In this document: positions 16,780 to 25,110 of the stretch, one piece after another | Layout of the letters: each line of letters opens with the position of its first letter | Numbering within the stretch: the stretch's first letter is position 1 | Assembly: GCA_030603365.1 (NCBI GenBank) | Contig: JAUVXV010000009.1 | Span: 32,001 to 96,000 of the forward strand | Reading direction: 5' to 3' | DNA: 64,000 nucleotides | From: Candidatus Heimdallarchaeota archaeon | GTDB taxonomy: Archaea; Asgardarchaeota; Heimdallarchaeia; Heimdallarchaeales; Heimdallarchaeaceae | Notes under the pieces: model-generated | The model's database searches: none | Told to the model about the DNA's origin: nothing | Seen by the model: only the letters and a program-made list of their open reading frames with translations | Translations under genes and position numbers: made by a program

Positions 16780-18729
16780 ATGTTAGTTCAAATGATTGAC
16801 CCAGATAATCTAGATTTCAAAGAATTAGGTTTTCATGCAGGACTAGAAGTACACCATCAAATACGTACAAAGAGAAAACTTTTTTGCAACTGTCCTCCAA
16901 TACTTGAAGAAGATCCTGAAAATATGGAATATAGTTTCTATAGATACTTCAGACCTGTTCTAGGGGAAATGGGAGATTTTGATCCTGGTATGCTAGTCGA
17001 ATTTGAAAAAGGGTATAAAGTTATTTACCTTGCAAATGAGAAAAATACTTGTACATATGAAATGGATGAGACTCCACCTTTCTTTCCAGATATGGAAGCT
17101 ATTGAAAAGGGGATCATTTTATCTGCATACTTCGATTGTTCTGCTTATGCTGAAGAGGTTGTTGTAAATAGGAAACAATATCTTGATGGTTCAATCACAA
17201 CTGGTTTTCAACGCACTTTTATCTCAGCTCGAGATGGTTGGGTTCCTGTAAATGGCAAAAAAGTCCGAATCACAAATGTGCATATTGAAGAAGATGCTGC
17301 TCGAAGAGTAAATTGGGATGACACTTCTAGTAGAACGGTTTACTTCAATCTTGATAGATTGGGTATGCCTTTGACTGAAATTATCACAGAATACACAGAT
17401 GTAGACACACCTGAAGAATTAATTGAAACAGCTAAGCAAATTGGAAGAGTTTTAAGAATAAGCAAAATAGGAATAAGAGGGTTGGGAGCAGCTAGACAAG
17501 ATGTAAATATAAGTATAACTGGGGGAGATAGGGTCGAGCTAAAGGGAGTACAAAATTTAGATCACTTTGACATAATGTGTCGTCATGAAGTTGTGCGACA
17601 GTACACTTTGATTGAGATCAAAGAAGAAATGCTGAAGAGAGAAATAAAAGAAGAGGATTTTGAACACACCTATGTTGATATTAGTCACCTCTTCAATGAT
17701 GACAAGAAATATTTTGCATCTATATTTCCAAAAATGAAGGGTCTTTTTGGATTAGAAGTTCAGCCAAATAAGGACTTTGGAGAAGAGATCTTTGAAAAGA
17801 GTATGTTAATTACTGGTCTTCCGAGGGCTAATCATTTCCACAGTGATGAATTGGATGAGAATGCTGTTAGGAAACGATCAAAATATCCAAGCAGTTTACC
17901 GATCAATAATGAAGTTATCACTAAAATTTTCACAATACTAAATCCAAAAGAGTCAGATGCTTTGATTATTATTGCAGGTCCAGAAAAAAGTGCAATACAT
18001 GCAATGAAAAAGGTTGTAGAACGAGTTAAAATGGCTTTAAAAGGTGTCCCTCAGGAAACTCGAAGGTATGTATATGACGGAAACTCTGAATTCTTGAGAG
18101 TGATTCATGGTAAAGATAGAATCTATCCTGATACTGATACTCCACCAGTAGTCATATCTCTAGAGAAAATTTTCGACATAATCGGTAAAATTGGAAAACG
18201 TCCTTGGGAAGTTTACGTTGAATTGAATGAAAAATATCAATTTGACCAAAACCATGTTGATTTGTTAATAAGGGATGAGAAACTTGATAAATTCTACAAC
18301 ATGGTTGATGATCTAGGTTTAGACGAACATTTAACCTACAGGCTTCTAATAGATCTACCTAGAGAAAAAAGAAGAAAAAACATTAAGATTACTGAAAAAT
18401 TAATTGAAAAACTTGCTCTGTTATTCTCTAATAATACAATTCTACTCGAACAACTAGAGTTAGTTCTCCCTATACTACTTGAAAATCCAAATATCAGTGA
18501 TGAGGAACTCAAAGTAAAAATAGGCTTCAAAGAAATAACATCTGAGCAATTAGATAAGATAATTGATAATCAGATAAAACTTTTTGGTAAAGATAATTTT
18601 GTTTCTTCAGAAGATAAAAAGCGCAATCTCCCAAGAATTGTTAATCAAGTTTTAAATGAATGTAATTATTCTATTAAAGGAGAACAAGTTGCGAATAAAA
18701 TAAATTCACTTTTGAAGGAGGTAATTTAA
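16780..18729 (+). CDS. gatE: Glu-tRNA(Gln) amidotransferase subunit E
   Basis: GLEVHHQI..KLFCNCP, RKQYLDGSITTGFQRT, IEEDAAR, LDRLGMPLTEI, ARQDVNISI, RVELKGVQ, GVPQETR, RIYPDTD. Confidence 0.95.
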   Translation: MLVQMIDPDNLDFKELGFHAGLEVHHQIRTKRKLFCNCPPILEEDPENMEYSFYRYFRPVLGEMGDFDPGMLVEFEKGYKVIYLANEKNTCTYEMDETPPFFPDMEAIEKGIILSAYFDCSAYAEEVVVNRKQYLDGSITTGFQRTFISARDGWVPVNGKKVRITNVHIEEDAARRVNWDDTSSRTVYFNLDRLGMPLTEIITEYTDVDTPEELIETAKQIGRVLRISKIGIRGLGAARQDVNISITGGDRVELKGVQNLDHFDIMCRHEVVRQYTLIEIKEEMLKREIKEEDFEHTYVDISHLFNDDKKYFASIFPKMKGLFGLEVQPNKDFGEEIFEKSMLITGLPRANHFHSDELDENAVRKRSKYPSSLPINNEVITKIFTILNPKESDALIIIAGPEKSAIHAMKKVVERVKMALKGVPQETRRYVYDGNSEFLRVIHGKDRIYPDTDTPPVVISLEKIFDIIGKIGKRPWEVYVELNEKYQFDQNHVDLLIRDEKLDKFYNMVDDLGLDEHLTYRLLIDLPREKRRKNIKITEKLIEKLALLFSNNTILLEQLELVLPILLENPNISDEELKVKIGFKEITSEQLDKIIDNQIKLFGKDNFVSSEDKKRNLPRIVNQVLNECNYSIKGEQVANKINSLLKEVI

Positions 18730-20121
18730 GTGTCAGAAACAAACAATGGAAATGAACCAGAAGGATATAGAGGCCCTCTTCGTGAAAGACTCATCAAAGA
18801 TAATATTCGAACTTGGAGTAAAGTGATAGTAAAAAAAGGTGATGCTTGCTACGAGGGTTTACTGCTTCCACGTAGTCAACATACAGATGATAATTATATC
18901 ACTCTCAAAGTGGATACAGGATATAACTTGGGAATATTAGTAGATGAGAAAACAATAGTTGAGGAAATAGGTTTTCAAAGAGGTCATTATGAATTACCTC
19001 ATGTGAAAGTTGAGTTTAAAGATGAATTCCCTAATGTTACTCTATTAGGAACTGGAGGAACAGTGGCATCCAGGCTTGATTATAGAACTGGGGCAGTTTT
19101 ACCAGCATTTACTCCTGATGAATTATTCTCAGCTGTTCCTGAACTGACATCGACGGTTAATCTTACTCCTAAAACACTTTACCAAATACTGAGTGAGAAT
19201 TTTAGACCTGAGTACTGGGTAAAAACAGCAGAAGCCATCGCTAAGGAAATAGAATCAGGGACAGATGGTATAATAATTGGTCATGGAACAGATACAATGT
19301 GTGTTACAGGTTGTGCTCTTTCATATTTCCTAAGAAATCTCCCCATACCAGTTGTTTTAGTAGGTAGTCAAAGAAGTTCAGACCGCCCTTCTTCAGATGG
19401 ACCTCGTAACATTCTCTATGCAGCTAAACTTTCAGGTTATGAGAATTTCTCTGAAGTTACGATATGTATGCATGGTACCCCTAGTGATAGCTATAATCTC
19501 ATTCATAGAGCAACTCGTTGTAGGAAAATGCATTCAGCTCGCAGGGACACTTTTCGAACTTTAAGTGATATTCCTTTAGGTAAGATAGATGATAGTGGTG
19601 TTACTTGGTTTAAGGATGATGTAAAACCTAGAACGCCTGTTGAAGATTTTTATTTAGATGCAAAAATAGATAGTCGTGTAGGTATGCTTTATTTCTATCC
19701 TGGTATGAATCCAGATTTGTTAGAATCCATGGTTGACCTAGGGTATCATGGAGTGGTTGTCATTGGTACTGGATTAGCTCATGTTGGAACTGATGTCTAT
19801 CCTGCTTTGGATAGGTGTCAAGAAGAAAAGATTCCTGTTGTTATGGTAGTCGAACCCTTGTATGGTTTTGCTCAACTGCGAGTTTATGAAACAGGAAGAG
19901 ACATGCTCGCCCGTGGTGTTATTGAAGGTGAAAATATGCTCCCTTCAGCTGCTTATACAAAACTAATCTGGACACTTGGACATACTAGGGATCTAGACGA
20001 AGTAAGGGAAATTATGCTTACACCTATAGCTGGAGAAATCACAAATAGAGAAAGCCCAAGAGGGTTCATGATAATGCAAGGAATCGAACCCGGAATAGAT
20101 CAAATACTAAAAAATCTTTAG
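18730..20121 (+). CDS. gatD: Glu-tRNA(Gln) amidotransferase subunit D
   Basis: LKVDTGYNLG N-terminal domain, GTGGTVASRLDYRTGAV, HGTDTM, GSQRSSDRPSSD, RKMHSARRD. Confidence 0.96.
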   Translation: MSETNNGNEPEGYRGPLRERLIKDNIRTWSKVIVKKGDACYEGLLLPRSQHTDDNYITLKVDTGYNLGILVDEKTIVEEIGFQRGHYELPHVKVEFKDEFPNVTLLGTGGTVASRLDYRTGAVLPAFTPDELFSAVPELTSTVNLTPKTLYQILSENFRPEYWVKTAEAIAKEIESGTDGIIIGHGTDTMCVTGCALSYFLRNLPIPVVLVGSQRSSDRPSSDGPRNILYAAKLSGYENFSEVTICMHGTPSDSYNLIHRATRCRKMHSARRDTFRTLSDIPLGKIDDSGVTWFKDDVKPRTPVEDFYLDAKIDSRVGMLYFYPGMNPDLLESMVDLGYHGVVVIGTGLAHVGTDVYPALDRCQEEKIPVVMVVEPLYGFAQLRVYETGRDMLARGVIEGENMLPSAAYTKLIWTLGHTRDLDEVREIMLTPIAGEITNRESPRGFMIMQGIEPGIDQILKNL

Positions 20122-20181
20122 AACCTCTGGTATTTTGTGGTATTCCAAAATGTTTTTGATTTCTATACATTCTTTCACTTA

Positions 20182-21534
20182 ATGCTCATTAACAACTATG
20201 ATATCCGTTTATTCTATAAATGTCCAATGCTACTTCAGCTTAACAAGTATGGTCCTGAGCACGAAAGAGATTTTCATCCTATTCTTGGAAGAAATAAGCA
20301 TCGTTCAAGAAAATCCGACCCTAGTAAAGAAGAAATAATAGCTAATACTGCAAAAACTCTACGAAAGATGGAGAATGGAGATTCTCCAATTAATCAGAGC
20401 TGGTTACACACAGAAGATTACATGACGAAAATTGATAGATTATATAAGGTTGAATCAAGTAGTGTTTTTGGTTCTTACAGTTATATAACAGCTTTCATGC
20501 GTAATGTAAAACATATCAGAAAAACTTTGATTATGGAAGGTGTGTTTAATACTATTATTCTTTCATCTATTCAACAAAACCAACCAGATTATTTTCAAAT
20601 TCTAAGAAAAGAAGATACTTTGACAATCAATGTTTCAGAATATCAAGAAGAATTGATGTCTGACCTAGAGAAAATAGAGCAAGTTTTAAACAAAGAAATA
20701 ACATTAACTCCAAATTATACCCGAAACTGTAGAGTATGTGAATGGAGAAAATATTGCAAACAATTGGCTGAAGATAGATTAGATTTGACTTTGATAAGTG
20801 GGATAGGTAAAATAATCAAGAAGCAATTAGAACAACAAAACATAGTTGATGTTCCTAGTCTAGCTCAAGCTAGTCTTTCTTCTATTGACCTAGAGAGTGT
20901 TAAACCGGAAGTTAAGGAATATTACATTCTTCAAGCACAATCACTAATGGATAAAAAAGAGAGAGTTCGAGATAACATAACCTTTCCTAAACGTAAATAC
21001 GAGCTATTTGTTGATGTTGAAGGATCTTCTCATCATAATTTTGTTTGGATTATTGGTTGTTTAGTAAGAGTGGATAATGAATATTATTACAAACATTTTA
21101 TTGCTGAATCACAGAAGAAAGAAAAAGAGATGTTCTCAGCTTTTATGAAATATGTTGAAAGTTTGAATAATGACTATACTTTATACCACTGGTCTCTTGC
21201 AGAACCTCAGTATTTTATGAACCTCGCGAAAAAATTCAAATTAGATACTTCTAATGTATCAAAACTTGTGGATAATTCATTTGATCTTTTTCCGATTTTT
21301 AAGAATAAAATTATCATACCTGTCTACACTTATACATTAAAAGAAGTAGCAAATTGGTTGGGTTTTGAATGGTTTGATCCATTGGTTGATGGAGCTACTA
21401 GTATAATTCTTTTTGATAAATGGTATATGCATAATGATAGAAAGTCGCTAGAAAAAGCAATTTCATACAATTCAGACGATTGTAAAGCTTTGCTTATCAC
21501 TAAGGATTATCTTACTAAACGACTAACATCTTAG
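20182..21534 (+). CDS. TM0106-family RecB-like/RNase H-like nuclease
   Basis: N-terminal FYKCP and CRVCEWRKYC, an HhH motif (LISGIG), and a C-terminal exonuclease domain (FVDVEG, FDLF, YTLKEVA..LGFEW, YNSDDC). ATG at 20182 preferred over 20137. Confidence 0.85.
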   Translation: MLINNYDIRLFYKCPMLLQLNKYGPEHERDFHPILGRNKHRSRKSDPSKEEIIANTAKTLRKMENGDSPINQSWLHTEDYMTKIDRLYKVESSSVFGSYSYITAFMRNVKHIRKTLIMEGVFNTIILSSIQQNQPDYFQILRKEDTLTINVSEYQEELMSDLEKIEQVLNKEITLTPNYTRNCRVCEWRKYCKQLAEDRLDLTLISGIGKIIKKQLEQQNIVDVPSLAQASLSSIDLESVKPEVKEYYILQAQSLMDKKERVRDNITFPKRKYELFVDVEGSSHHNFVWIIGCLVRVDNEYYYKHFIAESQKKEKEMFSAFMKYVESLNNDYTLYHWSLAEPQYFMNLAKKFKLDTSNVSKLVDNSFDLFPIFKNKIIIPVYTYTLKEVANWLGFEWFDPLVDGATSIILFDKWYMHNDRKSLEKAISYNSDDCKALLITKDYLTKRLTS

Positions 21535-21582
21535 TTATGTCGATGTCAAAACTGTTATTAAATCGTTTGAATCTCGGTTCTT

Positions 21583-22560
21583 ATGGCATCAGATGAATCA
21601 TATCATGCAGATTTAGGAATTATAGGAGGGGGAGTAGGGGGACTTGGTTGTGCAATTATTGCTGCATACAAGGGATTAACTGTATCAGTTTTTGAAGGAG
21701 GAAGATTAGGTGGAATTGTCACAACCTTATACGCTAGAAAACTCGTCGAAAATTATCCTGGAACCCCAAGTATTTTAGCTAAAAGACTAATAGATGAATT
21801 TGTAATTCAATCTCAAGAAGTAGAAGCTGAAATAATCAACGAAAGAGTTGTCAAAGTAACAAAGAAGGATGATATTCTCTCTGTTATAACAAATGAAAGT
21901 AGTTACAATTTTAGAAGCCTAGTTATTGCTACTGGCTCAAGACCTGCTGAATTAGGTGTTCCAGGTGAAAACAAATTTAAAAGAAAAGACCGAGGCTTAT
22001 ATAACTTCGTAACTGATCCTGATAGATTTAAAGGATGTACTGTTCTTGTAGTAGGTGGTGGAGACACTGCAATCGATGCAGTTCGAGCAATATCAGGGAT
22101 TGCTAAAAAGATCTATCTATGTCACAGAAGAGATAGTTTCAGAGCAGCTGAAACCACAGTACAAGAAATTGTAGACAATGATCTAGCAGAAATAATATAC
22201 TTACATCAATTGAAATCTTTGGAAGGTGAAGATAAACTCGAAAAAGCTGTACTTGAACAGGTTGAGACAAAAGAAGAAAAGACATTAGAAGTAGATAAAT
22301 GTGTTTTAGCTGTCGGGTTAAAAACAAGTCTGGAAATCTTTGAAGATATTGGACTTGAAACAGATGGAAAATATGTTCTTGTTGATAGAGAAATGAGAAC
22401 AAACATTCCTGGAGTTTTTGCTATAGGTGATATTGCTTCTAAGTATCAATTAATTGTAATAGCTGTAGCTCAAGGAGCCATTGCAGCACATAATGCTTTT
22501 GGTATGATAAGGAAACCATACTGGTATAAAGATGAAGAATGGCCAAAAGAAATATGCTAA
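21583..22560 (+). CDS. Thioredoxin-reductase-fold NAD(P)/FAD oxidoreductase lacking CxxC (ferredoxin-NADP reductase-like)
   Basis: IIGGGVGG, IATGS, VGGGDTAID, HRR, TNIPGVFAIGD. YNFVTDP sits where TrxR has CxxC. Confidence 0.85.
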   Translation: MASDESYHADLGIIGGGVGGLGCAIIAAYKGLTVSVFEGGRLGGIVTTLYARKLVENYPGTPSILAKRLIDEFVIQSQEVEAEIINERVVKVTKKDDILSVITNESSYNFRSLVIATGSRPAELGVPGENKFKRKDRGLYNFVTDPDRFKGCTVLVVGGGDTAIDAVRAISGIAKKIYLCHRRDSFRAAETTVQEIVDNDLAEIIYLHQLKSLEGEDKLEKAVLEQVETKEEKTLEVDKCVLAVGLKTSLEIFEDIGLETDGKYVLVDREMRTNIPGVFAIGDIASKYQLIVIAVAQGAIAAHNAFGMIRKPYWYKDEEWPKEIC

Positions 22561-22574
22561 ACACTTCTTCTCTC

Positions 22575-22647
22575 TTTTTCCATTTTCTTTTTATGTAAGA
22601 ACTACTTTTGTTTTTCCATTCACTTTTTATGCAAGTACTAATTTTTG
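22575..22647 (+). repeat. Imperfect tandem duplication of a 36-bp unit in an intergenic region
   Basis: TTTTTCCATTTTCTTTTTATGTAAGAACTACTTTTG then TTTTTCCATTCACTTTTTATGCAAGTACTAATTTTTG; about 30/36 identical. Confidence 0.7.
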
Positions 22648-22653
22648 TCTTTC

Positions 22654-23220
22654 ATGGATTTATTTTCAAGAATAGCAGGCAGTTATGATAAACTCATACG
22701 TGGTTTTGCCCTAGATTCGATTAAGGAATTTTTAAAACTAGAACCAGATAAATTGCTACTTGATTTAGGAGGGGGAACTGGACGTGTCTCTGTTGCCATA
22801 GATGAACAAGTAAATGGTTGTATTTTGCTTGATAGATCGTTTGAAATGTTACAACAAGCGTCAAAGAAATCGAGAACTTTGTATTTAGTTCAAGGTGTCG
22901 GTGAAAATCTTCCCTTCAAGTACGGTACTATACCTCAGATGTTTGCTAATGATACATTGCACCATATTAGACAACAACGTGAAACACTCTCTGAATGCTA
23001 CCAGGCTTTGAGTTATGATGGTAAAATGATTATAAGAGAGTATGATCCTAAATATTGGAAAACGAAATTTCTCATTTTCTTTGAAAAGGTTCTATTATTT
23101 GGAAGCACTTTTCTCTCTCCCCAACAACTAGAAGATATTTGTCTAAATCTTGGATTTTCAGTAGATTGGCAGCGTTTATCAAAGTCTACTTATTTGCTAA
23201 ATGCTAAAAAATCAAATTAA
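22654..23220 (+). CDS. Class I SAM-dependent methyltransferase (UbiE-like)
   Basis: FSRIAGSYD, LLDLGGGTG, LDRSFEML, ENLPF, LHHI. Alternative TTG start at 22645. Confidence 0.85.
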   Translation: MDLFSRIAGSYDKLIRGFALDSIKEFLKLEPDKLLLDLGGGTGRVSVAIDEQVNGCILLDRSFEMLQQASKKSRTLYLVQGVGENLPFKYGTIPQMFANDTLHHIRQQRETLSECYQALSYDGKMIIREYDPKYWKTKFLIFFEKVLLFGSTFLSPQQLEDICLNLGFSVDWQRLSKSTYLLNAKKSN

Positions 23221-23921
23221 AGAAGAAATAGGAGATACAGTGCTAGTGTAACAGAAGATGGTAGCGTTATATTATCTATGAAACTAAAACTCAATGCTTC
23301 TACTATCATACTTATAACTGCTACTACAATAATTTTCCACCAAACACCTGGCCATCCAAGCATTGAATTTACTGCTAAAGCAATAGTAATACCTAACAAA
23401 GAACCAAAAAGTACTCCTAATGATCCCTCTAAACTTTTTTCGGAGAGAATCTTGTATTTTATACTTCCAAATGGTTTTCCAATTAGTTCTCCTAAACCAT
23501 CTCCTAGACTTACAGTTAGATAAGCTGCTGTGAATACGAATAGATTATCTTGGAAAAACCAAAGTATCAACAACATTACTGCTCCCATTAACGTGGAATT
23601 TATGAATAGTTCCCACGGTGAATTGTCATTTCTAGAACATAGAAAGAATATTCTTTGTAAAATACGAATCTGAGGTATTAGTGAAAAGAGTAGAAGAGTT
23701 CCAATAGTGATAATTAAAGCCAAAAATAAATCAAAAATGTTTGTAAACAAATATGGAATAAAAGCAGCAACAGTGTTAAGTATCGTATGTCCTATTTTTC
23801 TTATTTGCCATCTCTCTAACCCCATTAATTTTAGAATGAATACCACATTAACAGTTGCTAACATAATTACTACTGCTATGCTTATTATGGCCCAATCAAG
23901 ATTTGTTGTGCTAAATTCCAT
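23217..23921 (-). CDS. Polyprenol (dolichol/phytol) kinase-family membrane protein
   Basis: RKIGH, SLGDGLGELIGKPFG, KSLEGSLG, DNITLP; multiple TM helices. Confidence 0.85.
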   Translation of the reverse strand: MEFSTTNLDWAIISIAVVIMLATVNVVFILKLMGLERWQIRKIGHTILNTVAAFIPYLFTNIFDLFLALIITIGTLLLFSLIPQIRILQRIFFLCSRNDNSPWELFINSTLMGAVMLLILWFFQDNLFVFTAAYLTVSLGDGLGELIGKPFGSIKYKILSEKSLEGSLGVLFGSLLGITIALAVNSMLGWPGVWWKIIVVAVISMIVEALSFSFIDNITLPSSVTLALYLLFLL

Positions 23922-23941
23922 GTCTTAACTCAATCCCACAT

Positions 23942-24484
23942 TTAAGGCTTACATAGTAATTCTATCATCTTCATATCGAAGAAAGCATGAGAATGAACTG
24001 GTTTGATAACCCATGCAGTGTCTGCCCCCCTTCCTGTTCCTCCAATTGCAATGAGATTATCCAGAGTTATAACTCCTGCATCAGCTGCCATAGCAACTAT
24101 TTCTGCACAAACCTTGGTTCCTTGTCCAAAAATACGGAGTGTCTCTGCCATTATCTCTGTTGTCATCCAGGTTCCATGTTTTTTACGGATGGCCCGGTCA
24201 ACTCCAGCCAGAACATGAGTAGCTGTAACAACTGTAACGCCTTTATTTTCTAATTCCTCTATGATCTCTTGTGGAATTTCCATTTCTCCTGGTTCCCTAA
24301 ATCCTGCTTGATGTGTTACAACTATTAATTTAACTCCTTTAATTGTATTAGCAGCGCTTATTGCTGTCTTTCCTGATGTTGTAGCGACAATGACTTGATT
24401 AATATCACCCTTCTCAATTCTCTTCATAACTAAAGAAAAAACTTCATCTGAATAATCACCAGGTTTTGAGAAATGAACTGTCAT
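23942..24484 (-). CDS. Pyruvate kinase C-terminal-like (MTH1675-family) protein
   Basis: IVATTSGKTA, VVTHQAGF, FGQGTKVCAEI..MAADAG, IGGTGRGADTA. Confidence 0.85.
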   Translation of the reverse strand: MTVHFSKPGDYSDEVFSLVMKRIEKGDINQVIVATTSGKTAISAANTIKGVKLIVVTHQAGFREPGEMEIPQEIIEELENKGVTVVTATHVLAGVDRAIRKKHGTWMTTEIMAETLRIFGQGTKVCAEIVAMAADAGVITLDNLIAIGGTGRGADTAWVIKPVHSHAFFDMKMIELLCKP

Positions 24485-24628
24485 AAGATGAATTTATGAA
24501 ACTAATTTATAATTTTTTAGCAATGAGGTTGAGATTTTTTTATTACAATCTTTAAAAATTCAGATCTTTTTCAAAAAAAAACTAATTTCTTAAAAAAATT
24601 TATAGATGATTAAACATTTAGTAAGTTA

Positions 24629-25036
24629 ATGAGTGTTACATTTCAGCTTGATCAAGGAAAAGTGAATGCTGTTCTAATCAGCTCAAGAAAGATAATGCTC
24701 AACAAAGGACAAGTAGAGATTTTTGAGAAACTACTTGATTGTATAACCAATGTTTTACCTAGTTTGAATAGACAAACCCTAGATGCTGTTCTCAAACACT
24801 CTTGTAGAGATTGGGAGAAAGAAAAAGTTCGACCAATCAATGAATTTAGATTCATACATGCAAATGAAAGAATGAAGGCATTTGATGAGATTCTAGTTCA
24901 GCTCTTTTTACGTTTAAGAGAACTGCTTATAGATTCATTGAATGCAGAAACAGTATCATTTCTACGATCTGCTGCTCTCACAAACTACAAGGATTTCCTT
25001 GAAGCAGAAGGCTATGTCGTAGATTACCAACCTTAG
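24629..25036 (+). CDS. Hypothetical protein
   Basis: 135-aa ORF filling the gap, with ATG start and host-like composition. No family recognised. Confidence 0.65.
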   Translation: MSVTFQLDQGKVNAVLISSRKIMLNKGQVEIFEKLLDCITNVLPSLNRQTLDAVLKHSCRDWEKEKVRPINEFRFIHANERMKAFDEILVQLFLRLRELLIDSLNAETVSFLRSAALTNYKDFLEAEGYVVDYQP

Positions 25037-25110
25037 ATAGGTTTTTCTCCTAAAATTTCTCGACAAAAAATAAATACTAGTTATTTCTTCGATGGTTATT
25101 AGGTGTTTAT

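Noticed and set aside
20182-21534. Cas4 or CRISPR-associated nuclease
   Set aside because: The architecture fits the stand-alone TM0106 family, and there is no array or other cas gene in the window.
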